NCBI RefSeq assembly: GCF_006345805.1
Contig: NC_042998.1
Coordinates: forward strand, 182,776,001-182,840,000
DNA from: Octopus sinensis
Lineage: Eukaryota
Length of the DNA stretch: 64,000 nucleotides
Reading direction: 5' to 3'
A program made the position numbers and the translations under genes. The stretch's first letter is position 1. Every line of letters starts with the position of its first letter. Shown piece after piece: positions 14,345 through 27,517 of this stretch. The notes under the pieces were generated by a model. The model saw only the letters and a list, made by a program, of their open reading frames with translations, searched no databases and was not told the origin of the DNA.

Positions 14345-14745
14345 CTATTCTCTTTTACTTGTTTCAGTCATTACTCTGCAACCATGCTAGGGAACCGCCT
14401 TGAATTTTTAGTGGAATGACCCCAGTACATAATTTTTTTTATTTTTTAAGCGTAGTACTATGTTGTTGGTCCCTTTAACCGAACCGCTAGGTTACGGGGG
14501 CGTAAAAACAGCAACACCGGCTGTCACGCGTGTGGGGTAAAACAGAGACACACGCACATAGATATACACACATATATACATATGATGGACTTCTTTCGGT
14601 TTCCGTCTACCAAATCCACGATCAGGGCTTTGGTCGGTCCGAGACTATAGTAGAAGACACTTGCCCAAGGTACCATGCAATGGAACTGAACTCGGAACCA
14701 TGTGGTTGGGAAGCAAGCTTCTTACTATACAGTAACACCTGCGCC
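14344..14745 (-). mobile_element. SINE family A, diverged
   Basis: Full-length reverse-complement homology. Confidence 0.85.
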
Positions 14746-14899
14746 TGTATATCTCTGATCCTTTGGTCTAGTCTTCCACTACCCTCCTATTTCTTTGTCT
14801 CGCTCTGCACTCACAGGTCATTCTTCGACACCCATCCCTTCTCCTCTCTGATTCCTTCTTTCTCTCTCTTCTCTCTCTTTGTTGCGTTTTGTCCCCCTT

Positions 14900-15408
14900 T
14901 TCTCTCTCTCTCTTCCTTTGCTTCTCTTTCTTTTCTTTTCCCTCTTCTCTGTCACGTGACTGTTGGCCGAAATCTGCCTTTCAGCTCCTGACCCTCGTCG
15001 TGTTAACATCGTTGTTCTTCGTCCGCCGCGCTATAAAGGCTTTTTCCAATGCGCCAGAGAAAAATTTGTTTGCTTGTTATCAGTCGTAAGACACTTGTTG
15101 TTCTCACCGTTAATGCTTCTGTATTTCATGTTTCTGTATTCCATTATTGTTTTTTGTTTTTTTTATATCTGTCCCTTTTGCTGTCCTGGTGTGCGTATGC
15201 ATTCGATCCTTCTTCCAGGAAATCTACGCTTCCAGCTTAGTTTTTCTTGGAGGGCTGGCCGTGATCTAGTAATCTCAAGATTAATCAGCCGAAATTACTA
15301 CGATGATCCGGTTCTTGACTGAAGACTGAGGGGTTCGAATGTCCTGTCCATGTTTATTGTATCGTCTTCTATGAGTTATACGTTCTTGTCCATGTTGTAT
15401 TTTTCTAC

Positions 15409-15415
<7 letters not shown>
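14900..15415 (+). mobile_element. Penelope-like 3' fragment ending in (TA)n
   Basis: CT-rich body, GGCTG..CAGCC-GAAA hairpin and CTGAAGA motif, (TA)n junction; inferred from architecture only. Confidence 0.45.
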
Positions 15416-15497
<82 letters not shown>

Positions 15498-15513
15498 GTA
15501 TATGTATATATAT

Positions 15514-16575
15514 ATATGTTAATAAAATAGAACATATGCATATATATAAACATATATGTACGTACCTGCCTCTACATGTACATATACACGCATATATGTG
15601 TACAGGACACCAAAAAGACGTCGAACACATAGAGAGACGAAAAACATAGACACAAACCAAGGAACAGGACAAGCAAAAAAGAAAAAAAGAGATACAGGAC
15701 AATAAGCACAACGAAAAATCCCCTTCTTCAGTCGCTAAGGTTTCATCTACTCTACGTTTCGAAGGATAAAAGCGAGACGTATACTTCGAAGAAACTTCCT
15801 TCTTGCGAAAAGCAAATCAATTAAAATTCTGAGATCTTTTCGCAGAGGGGTAAAAAATGGTAAAAAAAGCAAGACGGTAACGACAGTACAAACATATAAA
15901 CAGTAAAAAAAAAATTATATATAAACAGTTGAAAAATAAATATATAACAGTGAGAGACAGGACAAGGAGAACAAGATAAGAAGGGCTGTTTACGCCAGAC
16001 GAAAAAGTAATGCAAACGCTGGATTATAGTGGACGACGAGAGAGAAAGAATGTCGACCAGTGGCCTTAGAAGGCGGGCGAGAAAAGACAGGATAGCAGTT
16101 ACGACGGAAGTATCGTCGCAGATGGACGACGGGAATGGGGGAGGAGGAGCAAGAGGAAGAGAGAGAAGAAGGGGAATGGTGCGAGGAGACCATGAAGAAT
16201 GGTGAGGGGGAGAGAGAGAATGAAGAATGAGAGAGAGAGGAAGAGACAAGTTAAGTGAGGGAAAAAGGACGAAAAAGGGAATGGGAGAGAAGAAAGAAAG
16301 ATGCAGAGTCGCGTGAGAGTTAATATCAAGGCTAACTTGATAAACAGAACAATCTTACTTAATAGGGTGCGTGCGTTTAGTCGTATAATATGTTAATAAA
16401 ATAGAACATATGCATATATATAAACATATATGTACGTACCTACCTCTACATGTACATATACACGCATATATGTGTACAGGACACCAAAAAGACGTCGAAC
16501 ACATAGAGAGACGAAAAACATAGACACAAACCAAGGAACAGGACAAGCAAAAAAGAAAAAAAGAGATACAGGACA

Positions 16576-16578
<3 letters not shown>
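15514..16578 (-). mobile_element. Non-coding Penelope-like element with ~190 bp direct terminal repeats in (TA)n
   Basis: 15514-15704 repeated at 16388-16578; degenerate hammerhead-like GAAGG..CCUUC-GAAACGUA on the minus strand at ~15745-15815. Confidence 0.65.
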
Positions 16579-16661
<83 letters not shown>

Positions 16662-17077
16662 GTATGTATATCTATGTATATATATATACATATACATATA
16701 TACACACACATATATATATATACATACATATACAAATATTGTAATCTCATACAACATTTTTCGTGTTAAATCATTAGTAGATATACATCATGTATGTTTC
16801 CAGAAAGGAAACTATAAACAAGCTAAAAAGAAACTTTAAGAGATTTTTCATATATTTACAACATAGTTTTTGAACAATCATCGCATTAATTCATCAAAAC
16901 AAAAGCGAATGTATTTAATTTAGAAGAAGGTACACATTATAGATAATCCCTTTGAGGAAATCTATTTACACTAACTAAAACGTTTTAAAAGTTAGTTTAT
17001 TAGCTACGGGTCTGGTTTAATAAAATAACCTATAATCAAATGCAGTCATCCCTGAATTTTCCACAGTTATATATATA

Positions 17078-17108
<31 letters not shown>

Positions 17109-17109
17109 A

Positions 17110-17400
17110 TATAAATTAGAGATAAAACCACTATTATGTAACTCAAACAGTTGATAGACATAAACCAAAACATAACCAATAGAAATATTTTTATAAAACA
17201 TATAACTAGATCTCAAAAAGTATAAAAATGAATGATCAGTATATAATAAGTAAAAAAAAACGTACGTTTCATGGCTACAATTAATTTCGCATTACAATTA
17301 AGTTTAAATTCAATTGAAATAAATTCGATTTAAAATTATAGTCAATCTTCAGGTTGACGATAATAGTTAAATAAATAAGCAAATAGAGTTAAACAATATT
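17110..17400 (-). mobile_element. Penelope-like 3' end with decayed hammerhead
   Basis: Minus strand CUGAAGA-long helix II-GAAACGUA at 17258-17359; helix I disrupted; adjoins (TA)n. Confidence 0.55.
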
Positions 17401-18174
17401 TATTTAAAAATTAAATATAAAAAAAATAATAATTTTTCTCATAGAAAAAACTCCATTAACTAAATTTGAAATTTAAAACATTAGGATTATTTCCTACAAC
17501 ACATTTATTATGTTAAATATTTAATATTTAAGGTAATAAAATTAGAAATATGTATTTATCTGTGAAGATATAATTTGGCTTTCAAAAACATTAATAAACT
17601 ATCGAATATCTTTAACTCAGTTATACTCCAATATTTAATTACCAAATTATTTAACAAAATAATCACTATTATTTAGATTTAGATTTAAGTTAGCGTATAA
17701 TAATTATGAAATAATAAATACATAAAAATAAGTATCTAAATTATAATCAACGAATATAGTAATTAAAAATCTAAAATTTTCTCTATCAATAAATGTATAA
17801 ACATATGACCAAAATAAATTAGTCCGTTATTACTTACATAAATATTATAGATATCTATAGAATATATTTATGAAATACAATTTAAGAATTGAAAATTCAA
17901 ATTAAAAACGTATAACCTATCTTTATAAAATACTTATTATTGCTATTATCATCACTACTATCAAAAACATTTTTATGATCTTTATCACAAAGTGACTAAC
18001 TAATATCTTAAAATTTACGTTCAGTTATAATAATTATATACTAATAATAATTAAATAAATTTACATATCTAAATTACCATTAACAACTAAAATAATTACA
18101 AATTCAAATTTAACAATTAATAGTTTTATAGAATGCAATAATATTTCTTAAATAAAAAAACTTTACTTCCCTTA

Positions 18175-18630
18175 AAATGGGAAGAATTTGGAAACAATAA
18201 TAGACGAGGAAGAGTGAAGTGGCTTACTAATTGATCCATCATGTCTGTTTAATTCCAAGATTGTAAAGAAAGAAGATGAAAACATTTTTTAATACTGTCT
18301 CTTAAAACTTGAAATTGCAAGAATTTAGAGTACGAAAACTGTGAAGGTTGTACCTGTCGTAATTGGTGCATTAGGAACAGTGGGTAGTGATACAGACAAA
18401 TGATTGAAAGAGATTGGAATAGAATGTCCTGTAGAACTTATACAAAAAGTTTGCCTTTTAGGGATAGATAATCAGAAAGTTTGCCTGTTCGGGAAAGACT
18501 ATAAGAAGGGTTTTGAGCACTTGAAAGATTATTAAAAGCTTGGGGATATCTAAGGTTACAAGTAGTAACCCGCTATCAGCATAAATTCTACCAGGAATAC
18601 GAACAAACCTGAGTCAAATCGAATAATAAT
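18175..18630 (+). pseudogene. R4/Dong-clade non-LTR retrotransposon 3' fragment (RLE endonuclease end)
   Basis: KTVKVVPVVIGALGTVGSDTDK*LKEIGIECPVELIQKVCLLG; ends in AATAATAAT. Confidence 0.8.
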
Positions 18631-19179
18631 GTTATATACCAAGCTAAATATAACCAAACATTTTAATTTTGTTTATGTAAACTTATATTTGCAGTTGATA
18701 ATGTGCAGATTTCTGACAAAGTAACAAGTTGTTTGATGTTGCAATCATACATCAAAATGTTTGAACGATTAAGAATAAGAAAAAAAACAGTTTTACACTA
18801 TGGGGAAAGATATATTTTCGAAAACCCAATATTAAGCATTGATCAGCAAAGTTTCCAATATAAATTTTTTATAGACGCACTTAAATCGACATTGCTGATC
18901 GCCATGAAATACGTTGCTTTCATATTCACTGAGTTCAAAAGAAAATACATTTCAATCAATGTACAAGCATATGTGTTGCATTTCCAGTGACCATAAATTG
19001 ACTTAAATGCATTTATACCACTTTTCTATTGAATCTTTGGTATGTAATGCTTAATACTTGTTTCAGAATATTCATTTCACTGCATACAAATATGTTCATA
19101 TAACCAAACTTATTGTATGTGACAATTATCTCCTCTCACACCTTCGTGCTTCCCCCTTTCTCCTCTCTTCCCTTCTATA

Positions 19180-19515
19180 TGCATGCATATGTATGTATGT
19201 ATGTTATGTATGTATGTATGTATGTATGTATGTATGTGTGTATGTATGTATGTATGTGTGTATGTATGTGTGTATGTGTGTATGTATGTGTGTGTATGTG
19301 TGTGTATGTATGTATGTATGTATTATGTATGTATGTATGTGTGTATGTGTGTATGTATGTATGCATGCATGCATGTATGTATGTATGTATGTATGTATGT
19401 ATGTTGTGCATGTATGTATGTATGTATGTATGTTGTGTATGTATGTATGTATGTATGTATGTATGTATGTATGTATGTATGTATGTATGTATGTATGAAT
19501 GTGTGTGTGTATGTA
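19180..19515. repeat. (TATG)n microsatellite
   Basis: Directly visible. Confidence 0.95.
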
Positions 19516-19900
19516 TAGCTTGGTGAGGAAAGTTGCTAGAAACCCAGCAGGACCAAAAGAAGACTTGTCGAATGGACGGATGAGTCAGTGTAGGTTCAGC
19601 GACTATCTTCCAACAGCACGGGCACTTAGATATTTCGGACTGGTATCCGGCGAGCTGGGAAGACCACTTGGAGCGAAGCACCCCTCAGCTTTTGTTAAAG
19701 CATGTCTCTAGGAGAAGGTCACTCTGATATAAAACCAGATATGCAGGAAATGGCAGAGAATATTATTTGGGGGTTTCCTTTGCATGTGCTTCAGATCATG
19801 GCGCTCCCATATTCCTGAGCCTGCGACCCACATTGACACTAGACATCTTGCGGTGGCTTGCGTCTAGATCATGTTTGTAGGGTGAGAGGATCTCTGAGAT
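19516..19900 (+). mobile_element. Probable RTE-clade LINE 5' UTR fragment
   Basis: GC-richer block containing CTAGGAGAAGGTCACTCTGATATAAAACC, a motif I recall from RTE 5' UTRs. Confidence 0.4.
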
Positions 19901-20004
19901 GTCGTGCAAGCCTTATTGATCCAAAACTTTTGCATTACTGTAATTTTGCACTAGCAATAATCTGTGATCGTCATCCTTGGTCACCAGTGAACAGCCATCA
20001 TGTG

Positions 20005-20072
<68 letters not shown>

Positions 20073-20402
20073 CACATAAAACACTCAGGACTAAAATAAC
20101 GATGCGTGCATCTATTTATTTATAACACATTCCTGCACATTCGAAAATGTAAATGACATTCGCTGCAGTATTTTGTCCGAGACTTTTTGTGTAAAACACA
20201 AGGCGATCCAAATGACGCCAGCAAACTATCTGATACCAATGCTTCAGCTTAATTTCAACCACCAGCCTTTTTGCAATAGCTATTATCGTCTGTTCCTATA
20301 CAGAAATCAGAAAACAAGACATTTATTGATGTATACTGAGGTAATAGCAATTATTGACAAAGGATAGTGTAATCAATTTCATTGCCTCATATATATACAT
20401 AC

Positions 20403-20505
<103 letters not shown>

Positions 20506-20825
20506 TGTGTATATGTATATGTATATATGCATATGTGTGCGTATAGCCACTTCAGTTCCACATCTGTTTCCATGCATATGCATATGATTATTCACGTCTG
20601 TGTATATAATCAACTAGATTAGATGCTTTACCAGTTTTTCCCCAATATGATGTGATTAAGTTTCTCCAAATGCTTTAGAGAAGAAAATAAGGCGTAGTTA
20701 TGTTTAAGTTACGTAATTTTGACCAACAATGTTTGTGAATGTAAGCGAAAACTTATACTGGAAAACAAGTTATGAACGTTGAAGTATGTATAGTGGGGAA
20801 GGATCTGTATGTGCATATGTGTGCG

Positions 20826-20866
<41 letters not shown>

Positions 20867-21418
20867 ATTATGTATTTATGTATGTACGTACGTCCACTAA
20901 CACAGTACTTGTACCACGTCCTCGCGTTGTTGTTTTTTCTTGATTGTTCTTGTTTGGATTGACTATGTATGTATGAATCTTGGTAATAACATTATAGCGT
21001 ACTTTCCCAAGCTCCTCTTCGAGTATCGACCACTAAATGCTATTATACAGTAGGACTTCTCTTTTTACTGGATATTTATGTGGAAAGCTGCAAGTACCCC
21101 CTAGATTATATACAAAATAATTTTAGTACAAGATGGAATGAACAGATTTTATTACAAATCACTACAACTGTTTCAGTGCATCATTATCAGCTGATAATTG
21201 CTGAATGTTACATAATTTATACAGATTATTGCATTAGTATGATTCAACAATCGCTGTATGTACTTACAAATGAATGTACATTAGCCTTAAATGAATGCAT
21301 TTATATGTATAAGGGAGCGTCAAAGTAGATTTTCTTAGTTTAATAGTCTCTCTTAATGACTTGTAAAGCAACTAGGTTAAAGCCTGCGACAATAACAGTA
21401 AACAACTAAAATTAAGTC

Positions 21419-21882
21419 GGATCTTTTCGGTTTGAACGGCAGTTTTTAACATAATTTCTAGGTAACTAAAAAATGTTAAACTTCGTATACTGGTAGAATG
21501 TGTTTATAAAACATCTTTTTCTCTTGGCTTTCTTGAGAAAATTCTATAGTTTGTAAGATATTTGTTGTTTTTTTTTTCAATTTCTGCAATTTCAACCAAT
21601 CACTGACGTCTACTGAGGTAAAAAAAAAACATTCTGTGCCGTATGAATATGTCCCTCGTTTAAGAAACAGATTGGGTTTATTTACATTTCTGAAGAAAAA
21701 AATAAACCCTTCCCCCACCCCTAACCCTAACCCTAACCCTAACCATAACTCTAACTAACCCTAACTAACCCTAACCCTAAAACAGATTAAAATGCAATAG
21801 ATCGATACTAGGGTCATAATTATGGGTGACAATTTCATATGACACCGCTAGAAAAAAACTCCCATTCAAACCGAAAAGATCC
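21419..21882. mobile_element. MITE with GG termini and 8 bp TSD (Merlin-like)
   Basis: TIR GGATCTTTTCGGTTTGAA / TTCAAACCGAAAAGATCC; TSD ATTAAGTC at 21411-21418 and 21883-21890; internal (CCCTAA)n. Confidence 0.85.
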
Positions 21883-21994
21883 ATTAAGTCTATAAGCTGT
21901 CTCCTGCCATGCTAAGGAAGTGACCATATGAGACAAAAGACAAGTAACTGCTAAAGTTTATCATTTTATAACATTATTATCTTAGAATTTTCAA

Positions 21995-22207
21995 GGCGGC
22001 GAGCTGGAAGAAACGTTAGCGCTCCGGGCAAAATATTTAGCAGCATTTCGTCCGTCCTTACGTTCTGAGTTCAAATTCCGCAGAGCTCGACATTGCCTTT
22101 CATCCTTTTGGGGATCGAAGAGATAAGTACCAGTTGAACACTTGGGTCAATGTAATAGACTAACCCCCTCCTTCAAATTTCAGGCTTTGTGCCTATAGTA
22201 GAAAGGG
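21995..22207 (+). mobile_element. SINE family B (tRNA-derived, Meta-like core)
   Basis: GGCGGCGAGCTGG head, GAGTTCAAATTC B box, GCCTTTCATCCTTT..GGATCGA..ATAAGTACCAG core. Confidence 0.85.
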
Positions 22208-22793
22208 TTATTTTGGAATATCCGTTTATTTTCTTAAAGGTCGTTACAAGTCTGTGGTTAAGGATGGAATAAATACAGGGCCTCTTTGTTTCCATTAATT
22301 CGTTTTTGGTATCTTTTCCCAGTTGTATATATTTGTATTTCCGTGTTCTTCTTTGTCAATGAAATGCTAAAAATAACACCAAAGTGTAGGTATAAAACAA
22401 AGAGAAACTGAAGGTGATCTAACAGCGCTCTGGACCTTACTCACCTGAAGATACGCATGTATACAGCTATTGTTGAATCATATTAATACAACAATGTGTA
22501 TAATATACGTTACATTCAGTAATTGTCAGCTGATCAGGATTCGCTGAAACAATTGTAGTATTTGTATAAAGCCTGTTCATTCCATCTTATCATATTAAAT
22601 TTTTTATGTATGTATGTATGCATGCAGAATAAATTAGGATAACCACGATGAATTTATGTTATTTGTTTCTACGTACGTTTCACTACTGTGATTGTTTGGA
22701 ATTCTACATTGGATGATCCAAGTGTATTTGGATGCTTAACTATAACGGATCACCGGGTAACAATTTATTACAGTATGCTACAAAACCTAATGT

Positions 22794-22848
<55 letters not shown>

Positions 22849-24220
22849 TGTGTGTGCTTGCCGCTATGCACAAGTGTACCCTATGTTGCGTGTAGAAAAC
22901 TTCATTTTATGAAATTACATTTGTGTCACTAGAGAACATTTTTCAAATTTACTTCGTTAACAACGAGAAAAAATTTGAAGAAAAGTCTGCCTCGGGCAAA
23001 GAAATCTGTTTTACTTCTGCATTCTTTTAAAACACTTTTTAAATGGTATTTTTATCAAATTTTCATACTATCACTGCTGCCCTCAACGTACTATTGCTTC
23101 ATTCAGTGTTGCTTTAGTCTCATCACCATCAAAGTTTGTATTTGGCAGCATCCCACCTACTGCTCCAAATAGTACCAAACATAACAGAAAATTAAATATT
23201 CACACATCTTCTTTGGAAATATAAAAGAAACTCACTTTCAATTGGTAGCTTTTCTTTCTCTCACGCTCACTTTTTGTCAGTCTATCTGTTCATTTATCAC
23301 CTATTTATTTCATTCTCTGTTGTTTTTCTTCGTTTTTTTTTTTACTTTATATCCCTATCTTCCTCTTTCTTTCTGCTACTAGTCTTCTGTTCCCTTCCCT
23401 CTCTTCAATATCCCAAAAGCCAGCACTTATATGTATACCATAGGTTTGCCTGCTTTATACGAGCAGATATGGCTTAAATAAAAACCACTATAATGATAAG
23501 CATCGTGAACATTTGTATTAAGTATATCTTACAGCAATAATTGTTTCAAGTCTGAGCAAATTTTCGCGCACATCATTTAATAAATTACCCTTGAATTTAT
23601 TTAAATTCATGCCTTTAGCCTACTTGAGTTATTTTTCTGAGCCCATATTTTAATCTTTTTCGATTATCCAAATTATCGCCAGCTAAAAATTAAGTGTAAT
23701 TACTTTTTAAAGGTAAAAATTTGTCAATTTATTAAAGCAAGCTTGGGGATACTGTATACTGATGATGTCCAATAAGACTGAAACATGTCCATGGTTTTCC
23801 CTTGCTATTGATAGATAATATATACGCCTTATATTTTGAACGTTAAGTGGATTCACAATTTGCAAATAAAAGGACTAAAAATTCGTAAGGTGGTATTGAA
23901 GTTTATAAACCAACAATGTAGCAAAACATTTAAATTGTGGAAAGCTTAAACCAAGCCTACTTTTGTGAGTTCAGCTGAAAATAAAAGACTGGAGATATTT
24001 AACTCTATACCCGGTGAGAGGTTCTTTTGACGTAGGTATTCAAGTGATCTCAACTTAACTTGTCTTGAATAGACAGGAAAATATGACCTGACAAGTTGCA
24101 ATAAATATATGAGATCTTCACTTCAGTGATTTTTACTATGAAATTAGATGTCTCCATTAAATCTCATAATCATCTGTATGTCAAGTTAGTACACCTATAT
24201 GACACTTTACTTAACTAGTG

Positions 24221-24597
24221 GTGGAAGCACTCCGTCGGTTACGACGACGAAGGTTCCGGTTGATCCGATCAACGGAACAGCCTGCTCGTGAAATTAACGT
24301 GTAAGTGGCTGAGCACTCCACAGACACGTGTACCCTTAACGTAGTTCTCGGGGATATTCAGCGTGACACAGAGAGTGACAAGGCCGGCCCTTTGAAATAC
24401 AGGTACATCAGAAACAGGAAGTAAGAGTGAGAGAAAGTTGTGGTGAAAGAGTACAGCAGGGATCACCACCATCCCTGCCGGAGCTTCGTGGAGCTTTTAG
24501 GTGTTTTCGCTCAATAAACACTCACAACGCCCGGTCTGGGAATCGAAACCGCAATCCTACGACCGCGAGTCCGCTGCCCTAACCACTGGGCCATTGC
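24221..24597 (-). mobile_element. SINE family C (tRNA-derived)
   Basis: Reverse complement of 30194-30578. Confidence 0.9.
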
Positions 24598-25294
24598 CGA
24601 GTCACAGCGTCTAGTTTGAAAGGTTGAAAATTCTTTCTTTTCCTTTAGAACAGTTACACATAGGTATTCTTCTAGATAGTTGTTTTATGATGGTCTTGTT
24701 ACTTAGCCAGGTTAAGCCTTGATCGAATAATCATGACCAAAAACAGAGTGTTGTACTTAAAATGTGTACCTCCAGCCCTCGCGTTTGCCATTCCAACCAG
24801 AGTTTCCAAGCCTGTACAGGCTTATATGATAAGCTCCCTTAAACTCTCACCCGGAGTAGACTATCCCCTCGCTCCCACCTAGTTGCGCTACGGCATAGGC
24901 ATTCACGTCGTAGTTAAAAAAATTTTTTCGACAAAAGTGTATCTAGGACTATGTTATCTAATGTGTCCTTTTTTTAATATAATATAGCAGAATGTTATTT
25001 GAGAGATAACTGGCAGTTGTTTTTAGTGGAAGGTCAATGTGTATGAGTCCTTTCGTTAGTTCGAGGATGCTCTGAGGGTTTGAGAAAAGTCTTTAGCTTC
25101 CAACTACATCACTTATCTTCAATTCTATTGTCTCGCCCCATAAAGATAACTTAGATAACTTAGATAACTTAGATATGTTTCGACCAAAGATTGGTCCAGG
25201 CCATGTCTAACTTAATAGCACCACCTGATAGGATTATTCGAATCCTGTTTAAGTCAAGTTTTGTTTAAGTCAAGTTTTGTTCAAGTAGTGAGTT

Positions 25295-25437
25295 CTTGTT
25301 GGGTGAGTTGTATCCAATTATGGGTGGCTTATCTGGTATTCTTTGAAGGAATCTATCCAGACTCCGTTTAAAGTTGATGGGATCCTTTTCCTCTTTGATC
25401 TCCCTTGGGACAATGTTAAATAGGGCAGGGCCTGTTG
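25295..25437 (-). pseudogene. CR1/L2-group LINE RT C-terminal fragment
   Basis: GPALFNIVPREIKEEKDPINFKRSLDRFLQRIPDKPPIIGY. Confidence 0.7.
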
Positions 25438-25989
25438 AGGAAAATAAATTATGTTGCAGTGTACATGTATGTTGTGATCTTCTTCCTTTGGGATAATCGA
25501 GAATACCACCACCACCACCACCATGACATCATCGTTCACACCACCATCTTTATCATCATCATCATCATTATCATTATCATCGTCATCGTCGTCGTCATCG
25601 TTGTTGTCGTCCTCGTTGTCGACGATATCATAGACAACACCATTTCCCCAAAAGAGACCGTTTCAACAGGAACTTGAAACTGAATCATGAACTGTAATCG
25701 TTTAGAGCTCACTCTTTACTCTGTGACACCCACCATACAACAGTGATTTCAAACCAAAGATGAAGCCTTTGTGCGATTGATCAATTTGCTAGAAATAGTA
25801 ACCAAATCTCAAGTCAAACCAGATAATTTTTGTGAACAAACGAGACATTGAGTAGTTTTCTAAAGTACATTAATCCTAAAACAAATATCATTAACCACTG
25901 ATTAATATTGTTTCATTACAACCACCAACACCACTATCTATTTGCTTCAAATTAGCTTTTCCAAGTCTTATGTATTATTTTAATTTTTT

Positions 25990-26390
25990 TCTACTCTAGG
26001 CACAAGGCCCGAAATTTTTAGAGAGGGAGCCAGTCGATTAGATCGACCCCAGTACGCAACTAGTACTTAATTTATCGACCCCGGAAAGGATGAAAGGCGA
26101 AGTTGATCTCGGCGGAATTTGAACTCAGAACGTAAAGACAGACGAAATACCTATTTCTTTACTACTCACAAGGGAAACAGAGGAAACAAACAAGGACAGA
26201 CAGACGGATTAAGTCGATTACATCGACCCCAGTGCATAACTGGTACTTTATTTATCGACCCCGAAAGGATGGAAGGCAAAGTCGACCTCGGCGGAATTTG
26301 AACTCAGAACGTAACGGCAGACGAAATACGGTTACGCATTTCGCCCGGAGTGCTAACGATTCTGCCAGCTCGACACCTTTAAGTATTTTA
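25990..26390 (-). mobile_element. SINE family B tandem dimer
   Basis: Two head-to-tail units; head ending CTGCCAGCTCG at ~26370. Confidence 0.85.
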
Positions 26391-26829
26391 ATATTGTCTT
26401 AACTATAGTTTTCGGTATGGATGACATCTCTGTATTATTTAATTTCAAAATGTGGGTAGTAAAGAAATAGGTATTTCGTCTGTCTTTACGTTCTGAGTTC
26501 AAATTCCGCCGAGATCAACTTCGCCTTTCATCCTTTCCGGGGTCGATAAATTAAGTACTAGTTGCGTACTGGGGTCGATCTAATCGACTGGCTCCCTCCC
26601 TAAAAAATTCGGGCCTTGTGCCTAGAGTAGAAAAAAAATTAAAATACTTAATACATAAGACTTGGAAAAGCTAATTTGAAGCAAATAGATAGTGGTGTTG
26701 GTGGTTGTAATGAAACAATATTAATCAGTGGTTAATGATATTTGTTTTAGGATTAATGTACTTTAGAAAACTTTCCTACATTAATAAATCTATAATTTTT
26801 AAAAATATTATTATTGCTGTTGTTTTCAT

Positions 26830-27517
26830 TTTCCGATTGAATTGCATTTCATTTCATCTTCTGACCGGGTCTCAACCAAAGACCCTAAGGCACGTATATA
26901 TTAGATGGAGAGAAACTTCCTGAGAATGTAGGCGGTTGAGTCTCATAGATTGTTGGTTTCCCAGGGATCTAATCAAAAAATTTGTCAGTACCTTTCTTGA
27001 TCATTCCCAGGGCACCTACATCATCAGGGATGGTTTGGGCTTTTAATTGCCACGTCCTAGATATCTCAATCTCAAGGTCCTTATATTTCGACAGTTTTTC
27101 AAATCCCTTTGCTGAGATGTTTCTATCAGTAGACACTGCCATATCAATTAGCAGGTATGTTTTTTTGTTTTATGTCTTTGATGACGATGTCTGGTCTGCT
27201 ATTGTTTATTTGCCTATCTGTGTGTATTCCATAATCCCATAGGATGGTAACATTCTCTTCCTCAGTGACTGGCTCTGGATGGTGTTCATACCAGTTCTTA
27301 AGGTGCGAGATACCATAGAGTCGGCATATTCTCTAGTGCAAGTACTGACCAACTTGATCATGCCTGGTTTTATATTCTGTAGGGGCAAGGACTGAGCAAC
27401 CGGCAACAATGTATGTGGTCAATACTCTCATGTTTGTCATTGCTGAGTCTACCTCGTTGTGTGTGACATTAGCTTGATAATTCCGGATGAGGTGACTCTG
27501 GTCTTGTATTGCTAGGA
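26830..27517 (-). pseudogene. R4/Dong-clade non-LTR retrotransposon 3' fragment (zinc knuckle region + RLE)
   Basis: YKTRHDQVGQYLH..NWYEHHPEPVTEEENVTILWD..RPDIVIKD..LLIDMAV..KLSKYKDLEIEI..VGALG. Confidence 0.9.

Larger units (their letters stand above)
21115..22607. mobile_element. Old element with ~150 bp imperfect inverted ends, hosting nested insertions
   Basis: 21115-21265 is the diverged reverse complement of 22462-22607. Confidence 0.6.

Noticed and set aside
20110-20370. Minus-strand CVLHKKSRTKYCSECHLHF, resembling a piggyBac cysteine-rich tail
   Set aside because: Single short motif with no catalytic core or TTAA ends seen
23060-23170. TIWSSRWDAA, resembling the hAT RW motif
   Set aside because: Too short, and surrounding frames do not extend the match
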